The notes below the pieces were generated by a model. It was not told where the DNA came from. It worked only from the letters and a program-made list of their open reading frames with translations, and searched no databases. The position numbers and the translations under genes are program-made. Source: Nemertoderma westbladi (Eukaryota > Animalia > Xenacoelomorpha). From it: DNA of 64,000 nt. Each line of letters begins with the position of its first letter. Position 1 is the first letter of the stretch. Where the stretch lies: NCBI GenBank assembly GCA_032718475.1, contig JAUCBJ010000069.1, positions 1 to 64,000 of the forward strand, in the 5' to 3' direction. Shown here one piece after another: positions 46,401-61,400 of this stretch.

Positions 46401-49400
46401 AACCTAAAACCTCACTGTCACACGGCTACTCTACAACACAAGGTTGCTATTTAACCTAAAACCTCACTGTCACACGGCTACTCTATACAACACAAGGTGC
46501 TATTTAACCTAAAACCTCACTGTCACACGGCTACTCTATACAACACAAGGTGCTATTTAATCTAAAACCTCACTGTCACACGGCTACTCTATACAACACA
46601 AGGTGCTATTTAACCTAAAACCTCACTGTCACACGGCTACTCTACAACACAAGGTTGCTATTTAACCTAAAACCTCACTGTCACACGGCTACTCTATACA
46701 ACACAAGGTGCTATTTAACCTAAAACCTCACTGTCACACGGCTACTCTATACAACACAAGGTGCTATTTAATCTAAAACCTCACTGTCACACGGCTACTC
46801 TATACAACACAAGGTGCTATTTAACCTAAAACCTCACTGTCACACGGCTACTCTATACAACACAAGGTGCTATTTAACCTAAAACCTCACTGTCACACGG
46901 CTACTCTATACAACACAAGGTGCTATTTAACCTAAAACCTCACTGTCACACGGCTACTCTATACAACACAAGGTGCTATTTAATCTAAAACCTCACTGTC
47001 ACACGGCTACTCTATACAACACAAGGTGCTATTTAACCTAAAACCTCACTGTCACACGGCTACTCTATACAACACAAGGTGATATTTAATCTAAAACCTC
47101 ACTGTCACACGGCTACTCTATACAACACAAGGTGCTATTTAATCTAAAACCTCACTGTCACACGGCTACTCTATACAACACAAGGTGCTATTTAACCTAA
47201 AACCTCACTGTCACACGGCTACTCTACAACACAAGGTTGCTATTTAACCTAAAACCTCACTGTCACACGGCTACTCTATACAACACAAGGTGCTATTTAA
47301 CCTAAAACCTCACTGTCACACGGCTACTCTACACAACACAAGGTTGCTATTTAACCTAAAACCTCACTGTCACACGGCTACTCTACAACACAAGGTGCTA
47401 TTTAACCTAAAACCCCGCTGCCACACGGCTACTCTATACAACACAAGGTTGCTATTTAACCTAAAACCTCACTGCCACACGGCTACTCTATACAACACAA
47501 GGTGCTATTTAACCCAAAACCTCACTGTCACACGGCTACTCTATACAACACAATGTGCTATTTAACCTAAAACCTCACTGCCACACGGCTACTCTATACA
47601 ACACAAGGTGCTATTTAACCCAAAACCTCACTGTCACACGGCTACTCTATACAACACAAGGTGCTATTTAACCTAAAACCTCACTGTCACACGGCTACTC
47701 TACAACACAAGGTTGCTATTTAACCTAAAACCTCACTGTCACACGGCTACTCTACAACACAAGGTGCTATTTAACCTAAAACCCCGCTGCCACACGGCTA
47801 CTCTATACAACACAAGGTTGCTATTTAACCTAAAACCTCACTGCCACACGGCTACTCTATACAACACAAGGTGCTATTTAACCCAAAACCTCACTGTCAC
47901 ACGGCTACTCTATACAACACAAGGTGCTATTTAACCTAAAACCTCACTGTCACACGGCTACTCTACAACACAAGGTTGCTATTTAACCTAAAACCTCACT
48001 GTCACACGGCTACTCTACAACACAAGGTGCTATTTAACCTAAAACCCCGCTGCCACACGGCTACTCTATACAACACAAGGTTGCTATTTAACCTAAAACC
48101 TCACTGTCACACGGCTACTCTATACAACACAAGGTGCTATTTAACCTAAAACCTCACTGTCACACGGCTACTCTATACAACACAAGGTGCTATTTAACCT
48201 AAAACCTCACTGTCACACGGCTACTCTACAACACAAGGTTGCTATTTAACCTAAAACCTCACTGCCACACGGCTACTCTATGCAACACAAGGTGCTATTT
48301 AACCTAAAACCTCACTGTCACACGGCTACTCTATACAACACAAGGTGCTATTTAACCTAAAACCTCACTGTCACACGGCTACTCTATACAACACAAGGTG
48401 CTATTTAACCTAAAACCTCACTGCCACACGGCTACTCTACACAACACAAGGTGCTATTTAACCTAAAACCTCACTGTCACACGGCTACTCTATACAACAC
48501 AAGGTGCTATTTAACCTAAAACCCCGCTGCCACACGGCTACTCTATACAACACAAGGTGCTATTTAACCTAAAACCTCGCTGTCACACGGCTACTCTATA
48601 CAACACAAGGTGCTATTTAACCTAAAACCTCACTGTCACACGGCTACTCTATACAACACAAGGTGCTATTTAACCTAAAACCTCACTGTCACACGGCTAC
48701 TATACAACACAAGGTTGCTATTTAACCTAAAACCTCGCTGTCACACGGCTACTCTATACAACACAAGGTGCTATTTAACCTAAAACCCCGCTGCCACACG
48801 GCTACTCTATACAACACAAGGTGCTATTTAACCTAAAACCTCGCTGTCACACGGCTACTCTATACAACACAAGGTGCTATTTAACCTAAAACCTCACTGT
48901 CACACGGCTACTCTACATAAACAAGGTGCTATTTAACCTAAAACCTCACTGTCACACGGCTACTCTACAACACAAGGTTGCTATTTAACCTAAAACCTCG
49001 CTGTCACACGGCTACTCTACAACACAAGGTGCTATTTAACCTAAAACCTCACTGTCACACGGCTACTCTATACAACACAAGGTGCTATTTAACCTAAAAC
49101 CTCACTGTCACACGGCTACTATACAACACAAGGTTGCTATTTAACCTAAAACCTCACTGTCGCACGGCTACTCTATACAACACAAGGTGCTATTTAACCT
49201 AAAACCTCGCTGTCACACGGCTACTCTACAACACAAGGTGCTATTTAACCTAAAACCTCGCTGCCACACGGCTACTCTATACAACACAAGGTTGCTATTT
49301 AACCTAAAACCTCGCTGTCACACGGCTACTCTACAACACAAGGTGCTATTTAACCTAAAACCTCGCTGTCACACGGCTACTCTATACAACACAAGGTTGC

Positions 49401-52400
49401 TATTTAACCTAAAACCTCGCTGCCACACGGCTACTCTATACAACACAAGGTGCTATTTAACCTAAAACCTCACTGCCACACGGCTACTCTATACAACACA
49501 AGGTTGCTATTTAACCTAAAACCTCACTGCCACACGGCTACTCTATACAACACAAGGTTGCTATTTAACCTAAAACCTCGCTGCCACACGGCTACTCTAT
49601 ACAACACAAGGTGCTATTTAACCTAAAACCTCACTGCCACACGGCTACTCTATACAACACAAGGTTGCTATTTAACCTAAAACCTCACTGTCACACGGCT
49701 ACTCTACAACACAAGGTGCTATTTAACCTAAAACCTCACTGCCACACGGCTACTCTATACAACACAAGGTTGCTATTTAACCTAAAACCTCACTGTCACA
49801 CGGCTACTCTACAACACAAGGTGCTATTTAACCTAAAACCTCACTGCCACACGGCTACTCTATACAACACAAGGTTGCTATTTAACCTAAAACCTCACTG
49901 TCACACGGCTACTCTACAACACAAGGTGCTATTTAACCTAAAACCTCACAGCCACACGGCTACTCTATACAACACAAGGTTGCTATTTAACCTAAAACCT
50001 CACTGTCACACGGCTACTCTACAACACAAGGTGCTATTTAACCTAAAACCTCACTGCCACACGGCTACTCTATACAACACAAGGTTGCTATTTAACCTAA
50101 AACCTCACTGTCACACGGCTACTCTACAACACAAGGTGCTATTTAACCTAAAACCTCACTGGCACACGGCTACTCTACAACACAAGGTGCTATTTAACCT
50201 AAAACCTCACTGCCACACGGCTACTCTATACAACACAAGGTTGCTATTTAACCTAAAACCTCACTGTCACACGGCTACTCTACAACACAAGGTGCTATTT
50301 AACCTAAAACCTCACTGCCACACGGCTACTCTATACAACACAAGGTTGCTATTTAACCTAAAACCTCACTGTCACACGGCTACTCTACAACACAAGGTGC
50401 TATTTAACCTAAAACCTCACTGCCACACGGCTACTCTATACAACACAAGGTTGCTATTTAACCTAAAACCTCACTGTCACACGGCTACTCTACAACACAA
50501 GGTGCTATTTAACCTAAAACCTCACTGCCACACGGCTACTCTACACAACACAAGGTTGCTATTTAACCTAAAACCTCACTGTCACACGGCTACTCTACAA
50601 CACAAGGTGCTATTTAACCTAAAACCTCACTGCCACACGGCTACTCTATACAACACAAGGTTGCTATTTAACCTAAAACCTCACTGTCACACGGCTACTC
50701 TACAACACAAGGTGCTATTTAACCTAAAACCTCACTGCCACACGGCTACTCTATACAACACAAGGTTGCTATTTAACCTAAAACCTCGCTGCCACACGGC
50801 TACTCTATACAACACAAGGTTGCTATTTAACCTAAAACCTCACTGCCACACGGCTACTCTATACAACACAAGGTTGCTATTTAACCTAAAACCTCACTGC
50901 CACACGGCTACTCTATACAACACAAGGTGCTATTTAACCTAAAACCTCACTGCCACACGGCTACTCTACAACACAAGGTGCTATTTAACCTAAAACCTCG
51001 CTCCCACACGGCTACTCTATACAACACAAGGTTGCTATTTAACCTAAAACCTCACTGCCACACGGCTACTCTACATAAACAAGGTGCTATTTAACCTAAA
51101 ACCTCACTGTCACACGGCTACTCTACAACACAAGGTTGCTATTTAACCTAAAACCTCACTGTCACACGGCTACTCTACAACACAAGGTGCTATTTAACCT
51201 AAAACCTCACTGTCACACGGCTACTCTACAACACAAGGTGCTATTTAACCTAAAACCTCACTGCCACACGGCTACTCTACACAACACAAGGTTGCTATTT
51301 AACCTAAAACCTCACTGTCACACGGCTACTCTACAACACAAGGTGCTATTTAACCTAAAACCTCACTGCCACACGGCTACTCTACACAACACAAGGTTGC
51401 TATTTAACCTAAAACCTCACTGTCACACGGCTACTCTACAACACAAGGTTGCTATTTAACCTAAAACCTCACTGTCACACGGCTACTCTACAACACAAGG
51501 TTGCTATTTAACCTAAAACCTCACTGTCACACGGCTACTCTACAACACAAGGTGCTATTTAACCTAAAACCTCACTGCCACACGGCTACTCTACACAACA
51601 CAAGGTTGCTATTTAACCTAAAACCTCACTGTCACACGGCTACTCTACAACACAAGGTGCTATTTAACCTAAAACCTCACTGTCACACGGCTACTCTACA
51701 ACACAAGGTTGCTATTTAACCTAAAACCTCACTGTCACACGGCTACTCTATACAACACAAGGTTGCTATTTAACCTAAAACCTCACTGCCACACGGCTAC
51801 TCTATACAACACAAGGTGCTATTTAACCTAAAACCTCGCTGCCACACGGCTACTCTATACAACACAAGGTGCTATTTAACCTAAAACCTCACTGTCACAC
51901 GGCTACTCTATACAACACAAGGTTGCTATTTAACCTAAAACCTCACTGTCACACGGCTACTCTATACAACACAAGGTGCTATTTAACCTAAAACCTCACT
52001 GTCACACGGCTACTCTACAACACAAGGTTGCTATTTAACCTAAAACCTCACTGTCACACGGCTACTCTATACAACACAAGGTGCTATTTAACCTAAAACC
52101 TCGCTGCCACACGGCTACTCTACAACACAAGGTGCTATTTAACCTAAAACCTCACTGCCACACGGCTACTCTATACAACACAAGGTTGCTATTTAACCTA
52201 AAACCTCACTGTCACACGGCTACTCTATACAACACAAGGTGCTATTTAACCTAAAACCCCGCTGTCACACGGCTACTCTATACAACACAAGGTGCTATTT
52301 AACCTAAAACCTCACTGCCACACGGCTACTCTATACAACACAAGGTTGCTATTTAACCTAAAACCTCACTGTCACACGGCTACTCTATACAACACAAGGT

Positions 52401-55400
52401 GCTATTTAACCTAAAACCCCGCTGTCACACGGCTACTCTATACAACACAAGGTGCTATTTAACCTAAAACCTCGCTGCCACACGGCTACTCTACAACACA
52501 AGGTGCTATTTAACCTAAAACCTCACTGCCACACGGCTACTCTATACAACACAAGGTTGCTATTTAACCTAAAACCTCACTGTCACACGGCTACTCTATA
52601 CAACACAAGGTGCTATTTAGCCTAAAACCCCGCTGTCACACGGCTACTCTATACAACACAAGGTGCTATTTAACCTAAAACCTCACTGTCACACGGCTAC
52701 TCTATACAACACAAGGTGCTATTTAGCCTAAAACCCCGCTGTCACACGGCTACTCTATACAACACAAGGTGCTATTTAACCTAAAACCTCACTGTCACAC
52801 GGCTACTCTATACAACACAAGGTGCTATTTAACCTAAAACCTCACTGTCACACGGCTACTCTATACAACACAAGGTGCTATTTAGCCTAAAACCCCGCTG
52901 TCACACGGCTACTCTATACAACACAAGGTGCTATTTAACCTAAAACCTCACTGCCACACGGCTACTCTATACAACACAAGGTTGCTATTTAACCTAAAAC
53001 CTCACTGTCACACGGCTACTCTATACAACACAAGGTGCTATTTAACCTAAAACCCCGCTGTCACACGGCTACTCTATACAACACAAGGTGCTATTTAACC
53101 TAAAACCTCGCTGCCACACGGCTACTCTACAACACAAGGTGCTATTTAACCTAAAACCTCACTGCCACACGGCTACTCTATACAACACAAGGTTGCTATT
53201 TAACCTAAAACCTCACTGTCACACGGCTACTCTATACAACACAAGGTGCTATTTAGCCTAAAACCCCGCTCGCTGTCACACGGCTACTCTATACAACACA
53301 AGGTGCTATTTAACCTAAAACCTCACTGTCACACGGCTACTCTATACAACACAAGGTGCTATTTAGCCTAAAACCCCGCTGTCACACGGCTACTCTATAC
53401 AACACAAGGTGCTATTTAACCTAAAACCTCACTGTCACACGGCTACTCTATACAACACAAGGTGCTATTTAACCTAAAACCTCACTGTCACACGGCTACT
53501 CTATACAACACAAGGTGCTATTTAGCCTAAAACCCCGCTGTCACACGGCTACTCTATACAACACAAGGTGCTATTTAACCTAAAACCTCACTGTCACACG
53601 GCTACTCTATACAACACAAGGTGCTATTTAACCTAAAACCTCACTGTCACACGGCTACTCTATACAGCACAAGGTGCTATTTAACCTAAAACCTCACTGT
53701 CACACGTCTACTCTACAACACAAGGTTGCTATTTAACCTAAAACCTCACTGTCACACGGCTACTCTATACAACACAAGGTGCTATTTAACCTAAAACCCC
53801 GCTGTCACACGGCTACTCTATACAGCACAAGGTGCTATTTAACCTAAAACCTCACTGTCACACGGCTACTCTCTACAACACAAGGTGCTATTTAACCTAA
53901 AACCTCACTGCCACACGGCTACTCTATACAACACAAGGTTGCTATTTAACCTAAAACCTCACTGTCACACGGCTACTCTATACAACACAAGGTTGCTATT
54001 TAACCTAAAACCTCACTGTCACACGGCTACTCTATACAACACAAGGTGCTATTTAACCTAAAACCTCACTGTCACACGGCTACTCTACAACACAAGGTTG
54101 CTATTTAACCTAAAACCTCACTGTCACACGGCTACTCTATACAACACAAGGTTGCTATTTAACCTAAAACCTCACTGCCACACGGCTACTCTATACAACA
54201 CAAGGTGCTATTTAACCTAAAACCTCGCTGCCACACGGCTACTCTATACAACACAAGGTGCTATTTAACCTAAAACCTCACTGTCACACGGCTACTCTAT
54301 ACAACACAAGGTTGCTATTTAACCTAAAACCTCACTGTCACACGGCTACTCTATACAACACAAGGTGCTATTTAACCTAAAACCTCACTGTCACACGGCT
54401 ACTCTACAACACAAGGTTGCTATTTAACCTAAAACCTCACTGTCACACGGCTACTCTATACAACACAAGGTGCTATTTAACCTAAAACCTCGCTGCCACA
54501 CGGCTACTCTACAACACAAGGTGCTATTTAACCTAAAACCTCACTGCCACACGGCTACTCTATACAACACAAGGTTGCTATTTAACCTAAAACCTCACTG
54601 TCACACGGCTACTCTATACAACACAAGGTGCTATTTAACCTAAAACCCCGCTGTCACACGGCTACTCTATACAACACAAGGTGCTATTTAACCTAAAACC
54701 TCACTGCCACACGGCTACTCTATACAACACAAGGTTGCTATTTAACCTAAAACCTCACTGTCACACGGCTACTCTATACAACACAAGGTGCTATTTAACC
54801 TAAAACCCCGCTGTCACACGGCTACTCTATACAACACAAGGTGCTATTTAACCTAAAACCTCGCTGCCACACGGCTACTCTACAACACAAGGTGCTATTT
54901 AACCTAAAACCTCACTGCCACACGGCTACTCTATACAACACAAGGTTGCTATTTAACCTAAAACCTCACTGTCACACGGCTACTCTATACAACACAAGGT
55001 GCTATTTAGCCTAAAACCCCGCTGTCACACGGCTACTCTATACAACACAAGGTGCTATTTAACCTAAAACCTCACTGTCACACGGCTACTCTATACAACA
55101 CAAGGTGCTATTTAGCCTAAAACCCCGCTGTCACACGGCTACTCTATACAACACAAGGTGCTATTTAACCTAAAACCTCACTGTCACACGGCTACTCTAT
55201 ACAACACAAGGTGCTATTTAACCTAAAACCTCACTGTCACACGGCTACTCTATACAACACAAGGTGCTATTTAGCCTAAAACCCCGCTGTCACACGGCTA
55301 CTCTATACAACACAAGGTGCTATTTAACCTAAAACCTCACTGCCACACGGCTACTCTATACAACACAAGGTTGCTATTTAACCTAAAACCTCACTGTCAC

Positions 55401-58400
55401 ACGGCTACTCTATACAACACAAGGTGCTATTTAACCTAAAACCCCGCTGTCACACGGCTACTCTATACAACACAAGGTGCTATTTAACCTAAAACCTCGC
55501 TGCCACACGGCTACTCTACAACACAAGGTGCTATTTAACCTAAAACCTCACTGCCACACGGCTACTCTATACAACACAAGGTTGCTATTTAACCTAAAAC
55601 CTCACTGTCACACGGCTACTCTATACAACACAAGGTGCTATTTAGCCTAAAACCCCGCTCGCTGTCACACGGCTACTCTATACAACACAAGGTGCTATTT
55701 AACCTAAAACCTCACTGTCACACGGCTACTCTATACAACACAAGGTGCTATTTAGCCTAAAACCCCGCTGTCACACGGCTACTCTATACAACACAAGGTG
55801 CTATTTAACCTAAAACCTCACTGTCACACGGCTACTCTATACAACACAAGGTGCTATTTAACCTAAAACCTCACTGTCACACGGCTACTCTATACAACAC
55901 AAGGTGCTATTTAGCCTAAAACCCCGCTGTCACACGGCTACTCTATACAACACAAGGTGCTATTTAACCTAAAACCTCACTGTCACACGGCTACTCTATA
56001 CAACACAAGGTGCTATTTAACCTAAAACCTCACTGTCACACGGCTACTCTATACAGCACAAGGTGCTATTTAACCTAAAACCTCACTGTCACACGTCTAC
56101 TCTACAACACAAGGTTGCTATTTAACCTAAAACCTCACTGTCACACGGCTACTCTATACAACACAAGGTGCTATTTAACCTAAAACCCCGCTGTCACACG
56201 GCTACTCTATACAGCACAAGGTGCTATTTAACCTAAAACCTCACTGTCACACGGCTACTCTCTACAACACAAGGTGCTATTTAACCTAAAACCTCGCTCC
56301 CACACGGCTACTCTATACAGCACAAGGTGCTATTTAACCTAAAACCTCACTGTCACACGGCTACTCTATACAGCACAAGGTGCTATTTAACCTAAAACCT
56401 CACTGTCACACGGCTACTCTCTACAACACAAGGTGCTATTTAACCTAAAACCTCGCTCCCACACGGCTACTCTATACAGCACAAGGTTGCTATTTAACCT
56501 AAAACCTCGCTCCCACACGGCTACTCTATACAACACAAGGTGCTATTTAACCTAAAACCTCACTGTCACACGGCTACTCTATACAGCACAAGGTGCTATT
56601 TAACCTAAAACCTCACTGTCACACGGCTACTCTACAACACAAGGTTGCTATTTAACCTAAAACCTCACTGTCACACGGCTACTCTATACAACACAAGGTG
56701 CTATTTAACCTAAAACCCCGCTGTCACACGGCTACTCTATACAGCACAAGGTGCTATTTAACCTAAAACCTCACTGTCACACGGCTACTCTATACAACAC
56801 AAGGTTGCTATTTAACCTAAAACCTCACTGCCACACGGCTACTCTACAACACAAGGTTGCTATTTAACCTAAAACCTCACTGTCACACGGCTACTCTACA
56901 TAACACAAGGTGCTATTTAACCTAAAACCCCACTGCCACACGGCTACTCTATACAGCACAAGGTGCTATTTAACCTAAAACCTCACTGTCACACGTCTAC
57001 TCTACAACACAAGGTGCTATTTAACCTAAAACCTCACTGTCACACGGCTACTCTATACAACACAAGGTGCTATTTAACCTAAAACCTCGCTCCCACACGG
57101 CTACTCTATACAGCACAAGGTGCTATTTAACCTAAAACCTCACTGTCACACGGCTACTCTATACAACACAAGGTTGCTATTTAACCTAAAACCTCACTGC
57201 CACACGGCTACTCTATACAACACAAGGTGCTATTTAACCTAAAACCTCGCTGCCACACGGCTACTCTATACAACACAAGGTGCTATTTAACCTAAAACCT
57301 CACTGTCACACGGCTACTCTATACAACACAAGGTTGCTATTTAACCTAAAACCTCACTGTCACACGGCTACTCTATACAACACAAGGTGCTATTTAACCT
57401 AAAACCTCACTGTCACACGGCTACTCTACAACACAAGGTTGCTATTTAACCTAAAACCTCACTGTCACACGGCTACTCTATACAACACAAGGTGCTATTT
57501 AACCTAAAACCTCGCTGCCACACGGCTACTCTACAACACAAGGTGCTATTTAACCTAAAACCTCGCTGTCACACGGCTACTCTACAACACAAGGTGCTAT
57601 TTAACCTAAAACCTCGCTGTCACACGGCTACTCTATACAACACAAGGTGCTATTTAACCTAAAACCTCGCTGTCACACGGCTACTCTACAACACAAGGTG
57701 TTATTTAACCTAAAACCTCGCTGTCACACGGCTACTCTACAACACAAGGTGCTATTTAACCTAAAACCTCGCTGTCACACGGCTACTCTATACAACACAA
57801 GGTGCTATTTAACCTAAAACCTCACTGTCACACGGCTACTCTATACAACACAAGGTTGCTATTTAACCTAAAACCTCACTGTCACACGGCTACTCTATAC
57901 AACACAAGGTGCTATTTAACCTAAAACCTCGCTGCCACACGGCTACTCTACAACACAAGGTGCTATTTAACCTAAAACCTCGCTGTCACACGGCTACTCT
58001 ACAACACAAGGTGCTATTTAACCTAAAACCTCGCTGTCACACGGCTACTCTATACAACACAAGGTGCTATTTAACCTAAAACCTCGCTGTCACACGGCTA
58101 CTCTACAACACAAGGTGCTATTTAACCTAAAACCTCGCTGTCACACGGCTACTCTACAACACAAGGTGCTATTTAACCTAAAACCTCACTGTCACACGGC
58201 TACTCTATACAACACAAGGTGCTATTTAACCTAAAACCTCGCTGCCACACGGCTACTCTACAACACAAGGTGCTATTTAACCTAAAACCTCGCTGTCACA
58301 CGGCTACTCTATACAACACAAGGTGCTATTTAACCTAAAACCCCGCTGTCACACGGCTACTCTACAACACAAGGTGCTATTTAACCTAAAACCTCGCTGT

Positions 58401-61400
58401 CACACGGCTACTCTATACAACACAAGGTGCTATTTAACCTAAAACCTCACTGTCACACGGCTACTCTATACAACACAAGGTTGCTATTTAACCTAAAACC
58501 TCACTGTCACACGGTTACTCTATACAACACAAGGTGCTATTTAACCTAAAACCTCACTGTCACACGGCTACTCTACAACACAAGGTTGCTATTTAACCTA
58601 AAACCTCACTGTCACACGGCTACTCTATACAACACAAGGTGCTATTTAACCTAAAACCTCGCTGCCACACGGCTACTCTACAACACAAGGTGCTATTTAA
58701 CCTAAAACCTCGCTGTCACACGGCTACTCTACAACACAAGGTGCTATTTAACCTAAAACCTCGCTGCCACACGGCTACTCTACAACACAAGGTGCTATTT
58801 AACCTAAAACCTCGCTGTCACACGGCTACTCTATACAACACAAGGTGCTATTTAACCTAAAACCTCGCTGTCACACGGCTACTCTACAACACAAGGTGCT
58901 ATTTAACCTAAAACCTCGCTGTCACACGGCTACTCTATACAACACAAGGTGCTATTTAACCTAAAACCCCGCTGTCACACGGCTACTCTATACAACACAA
59001 GGTGCTATTTAACCTAAAACCTCGCTCCCACACGGCTACTCTATACAGCACAAGGTGCTATTTAACCTAAAACCTCACTGTCACACGGCTACTCTACAAC
59101 ACAAGGTGCTATTTAACCTAAAACCTCACTGCCACACGGCTACTCTACACAACACAAGGTGCTATTTAACCTAAAACCTCACTGCCACACGGCTACTCTA
59201 TACAACACAAGGTGCTATTTAACCTAAAACCTCACTGCCACACGGCTACTCTATACAACACAAGGTGCTATTTAACCTAAAACCTCACTGCCACACGGCT
59301 ACTCTATACAACACAAGGTTGCTATTTAACCTAAAACCTCACTGTCACACGGCTACTCTATACAACACAAGGTGCTATTTAACCTAAAACCTCGCTGTCA
59401 CACGGCTACTCTATACAACACAAGGTGCTATTTAACCTAAAACCTCACTGCCACACGGCTACTCTATACAACACAAGGTGCTATTTAACCTAAAACCTCA
59501 CTGCCACACGGCTACTCTATACAACACAAGGTGCTATTTAACCTAAAACCTCACTGTCACACGGCTACTCTATACAACACAAGGTGCTATTTAACCTAAA
59601 ACCTCACTGCCACACGGCTACTCTATACAACACAAGGTTGCTATTTAACCTAAAACCTCACTGCCACACGGCTACTCTATACAACACAAGGTTGCTATTT
59701 AACCTAAAACCTCACTGTCACACGGCTACTCTATACAACACAAGGTGCTATTTAACCTAAAACCTCACTGCCACACGGCTACTCTATACAACACAAGGTG
59801 CTATTTAACCTAAAACCTCACTGCCACACGGCTACTCTATACAACACAAGGTTGCTATTTAACCTAAAACCTCACTGCCACACGGCTACTCTATACAACA
59901 CAAGGTGCTATTTAACCTAAAACCTCACTGTCACACGGCTACTCTATACAACACAAGGTGCTATTTAACCTAAAACCTCGCTGCCACACGGCTACTCTAT
60001 ACAACACAAGGTGCTATTTAACCTAAAACCTCACTGCCACACGGCTACTCTATACAACACAAGGTGCTATTTAACCTAAAACCTCACTGCCACACGGCTA
60101 CTCTATACAACACAAGGTGCTATTTAACCTAAAACCTCACTGCCACACGGCTACTCTATACAACACAAGGTGCTATTTAACCTAAAACCTCACTGCCACA
60201 CGGCTACTCTATACAACACAAGGTTGCTATTTAACCTAAAACCTCACTGCCACACGGCTACTCTATACAACACAAGGTGCTATTTAACCTAAAACCTCAC
60301 TGCCACACGGCTACTCTATACAACACAAGGTGCTATTTAACCTAAAACCTCGCTGCCACACGGCTACTCTATACAACACAAGGTGCTATTTAACCTAAAA
60401 CCTCACTGTCACACGGCTACTCTATACAACACAAGGTGCTATTTAACCTAAAACCTCACTGCCACACGGCTACTCTATACAACACAAGGTTGCTATTTAA
60501 CCTAAAACCTCACTGTCACACGGCTACTCTATACAACACAAGGTGCTATTTAACCTAAAACCTCACTGCCACACGGCTACTCTATACAACACAAGGTGCT
60601 ATTTAACCTAAAACCTCGCTGTCACACGGCTACTCTATACAACACAAGGTGCTATTTAACCTAAAACCTCACTGTCACACGGCTACTCTATACAACACAA
60701 GGTGCTATTTAACCTAAAACCTCACTGCCACACGGCTACTCTATACAACACAAGGTTGCTATTTAACCTAAAACCTCACTGTCACACGGCTACTCTATAC
60801 AACACAAGGTGCTATTTAACCTAAAACCTCACTGCCACACGGCTACTCTACAACACAAGGTGCTATTTAACCTAAAACCTCACTGCCACACGGCTACTCT
60901 ATACAACACAAGGTGCTATTTAACCTAAAACCTCACTGCCACACGGCTACTCTATACAACACAAGGTGCTATTTAACCTAAAACCTCACTGCCACACGGC
61001 TACTCTATACAACACAAGGTGCTATTTAACCTAAAACCTCACTGCCACACGGCTACTCTATACAACACAAGGTGCTATTTAACCTAAAACCTCACTGCCA
61101 CACGGCTACTCTATACAACACAAGGTGCTATTTAACCTAAAACCTCGCTGCTCACACGGCTACTCTATACAACACAAGGTGCTATTTAACCTAAAACCTC
61201 ACTGCCACACGGCTACTCTATACAACACAAGGTGCTATTTAACCTAAAACCTCACTGCCACACGGCTACTCTACAACACAAGGTGCTATTTAACCTAAAA
61301 CCTCACTGCCACACGGCTACTCTATACAACACAAGGTGCTATTTAACCTAAAACCTCACTGCCACACGGCTACTCTATACAACACAAGGTGCTATTTAAC

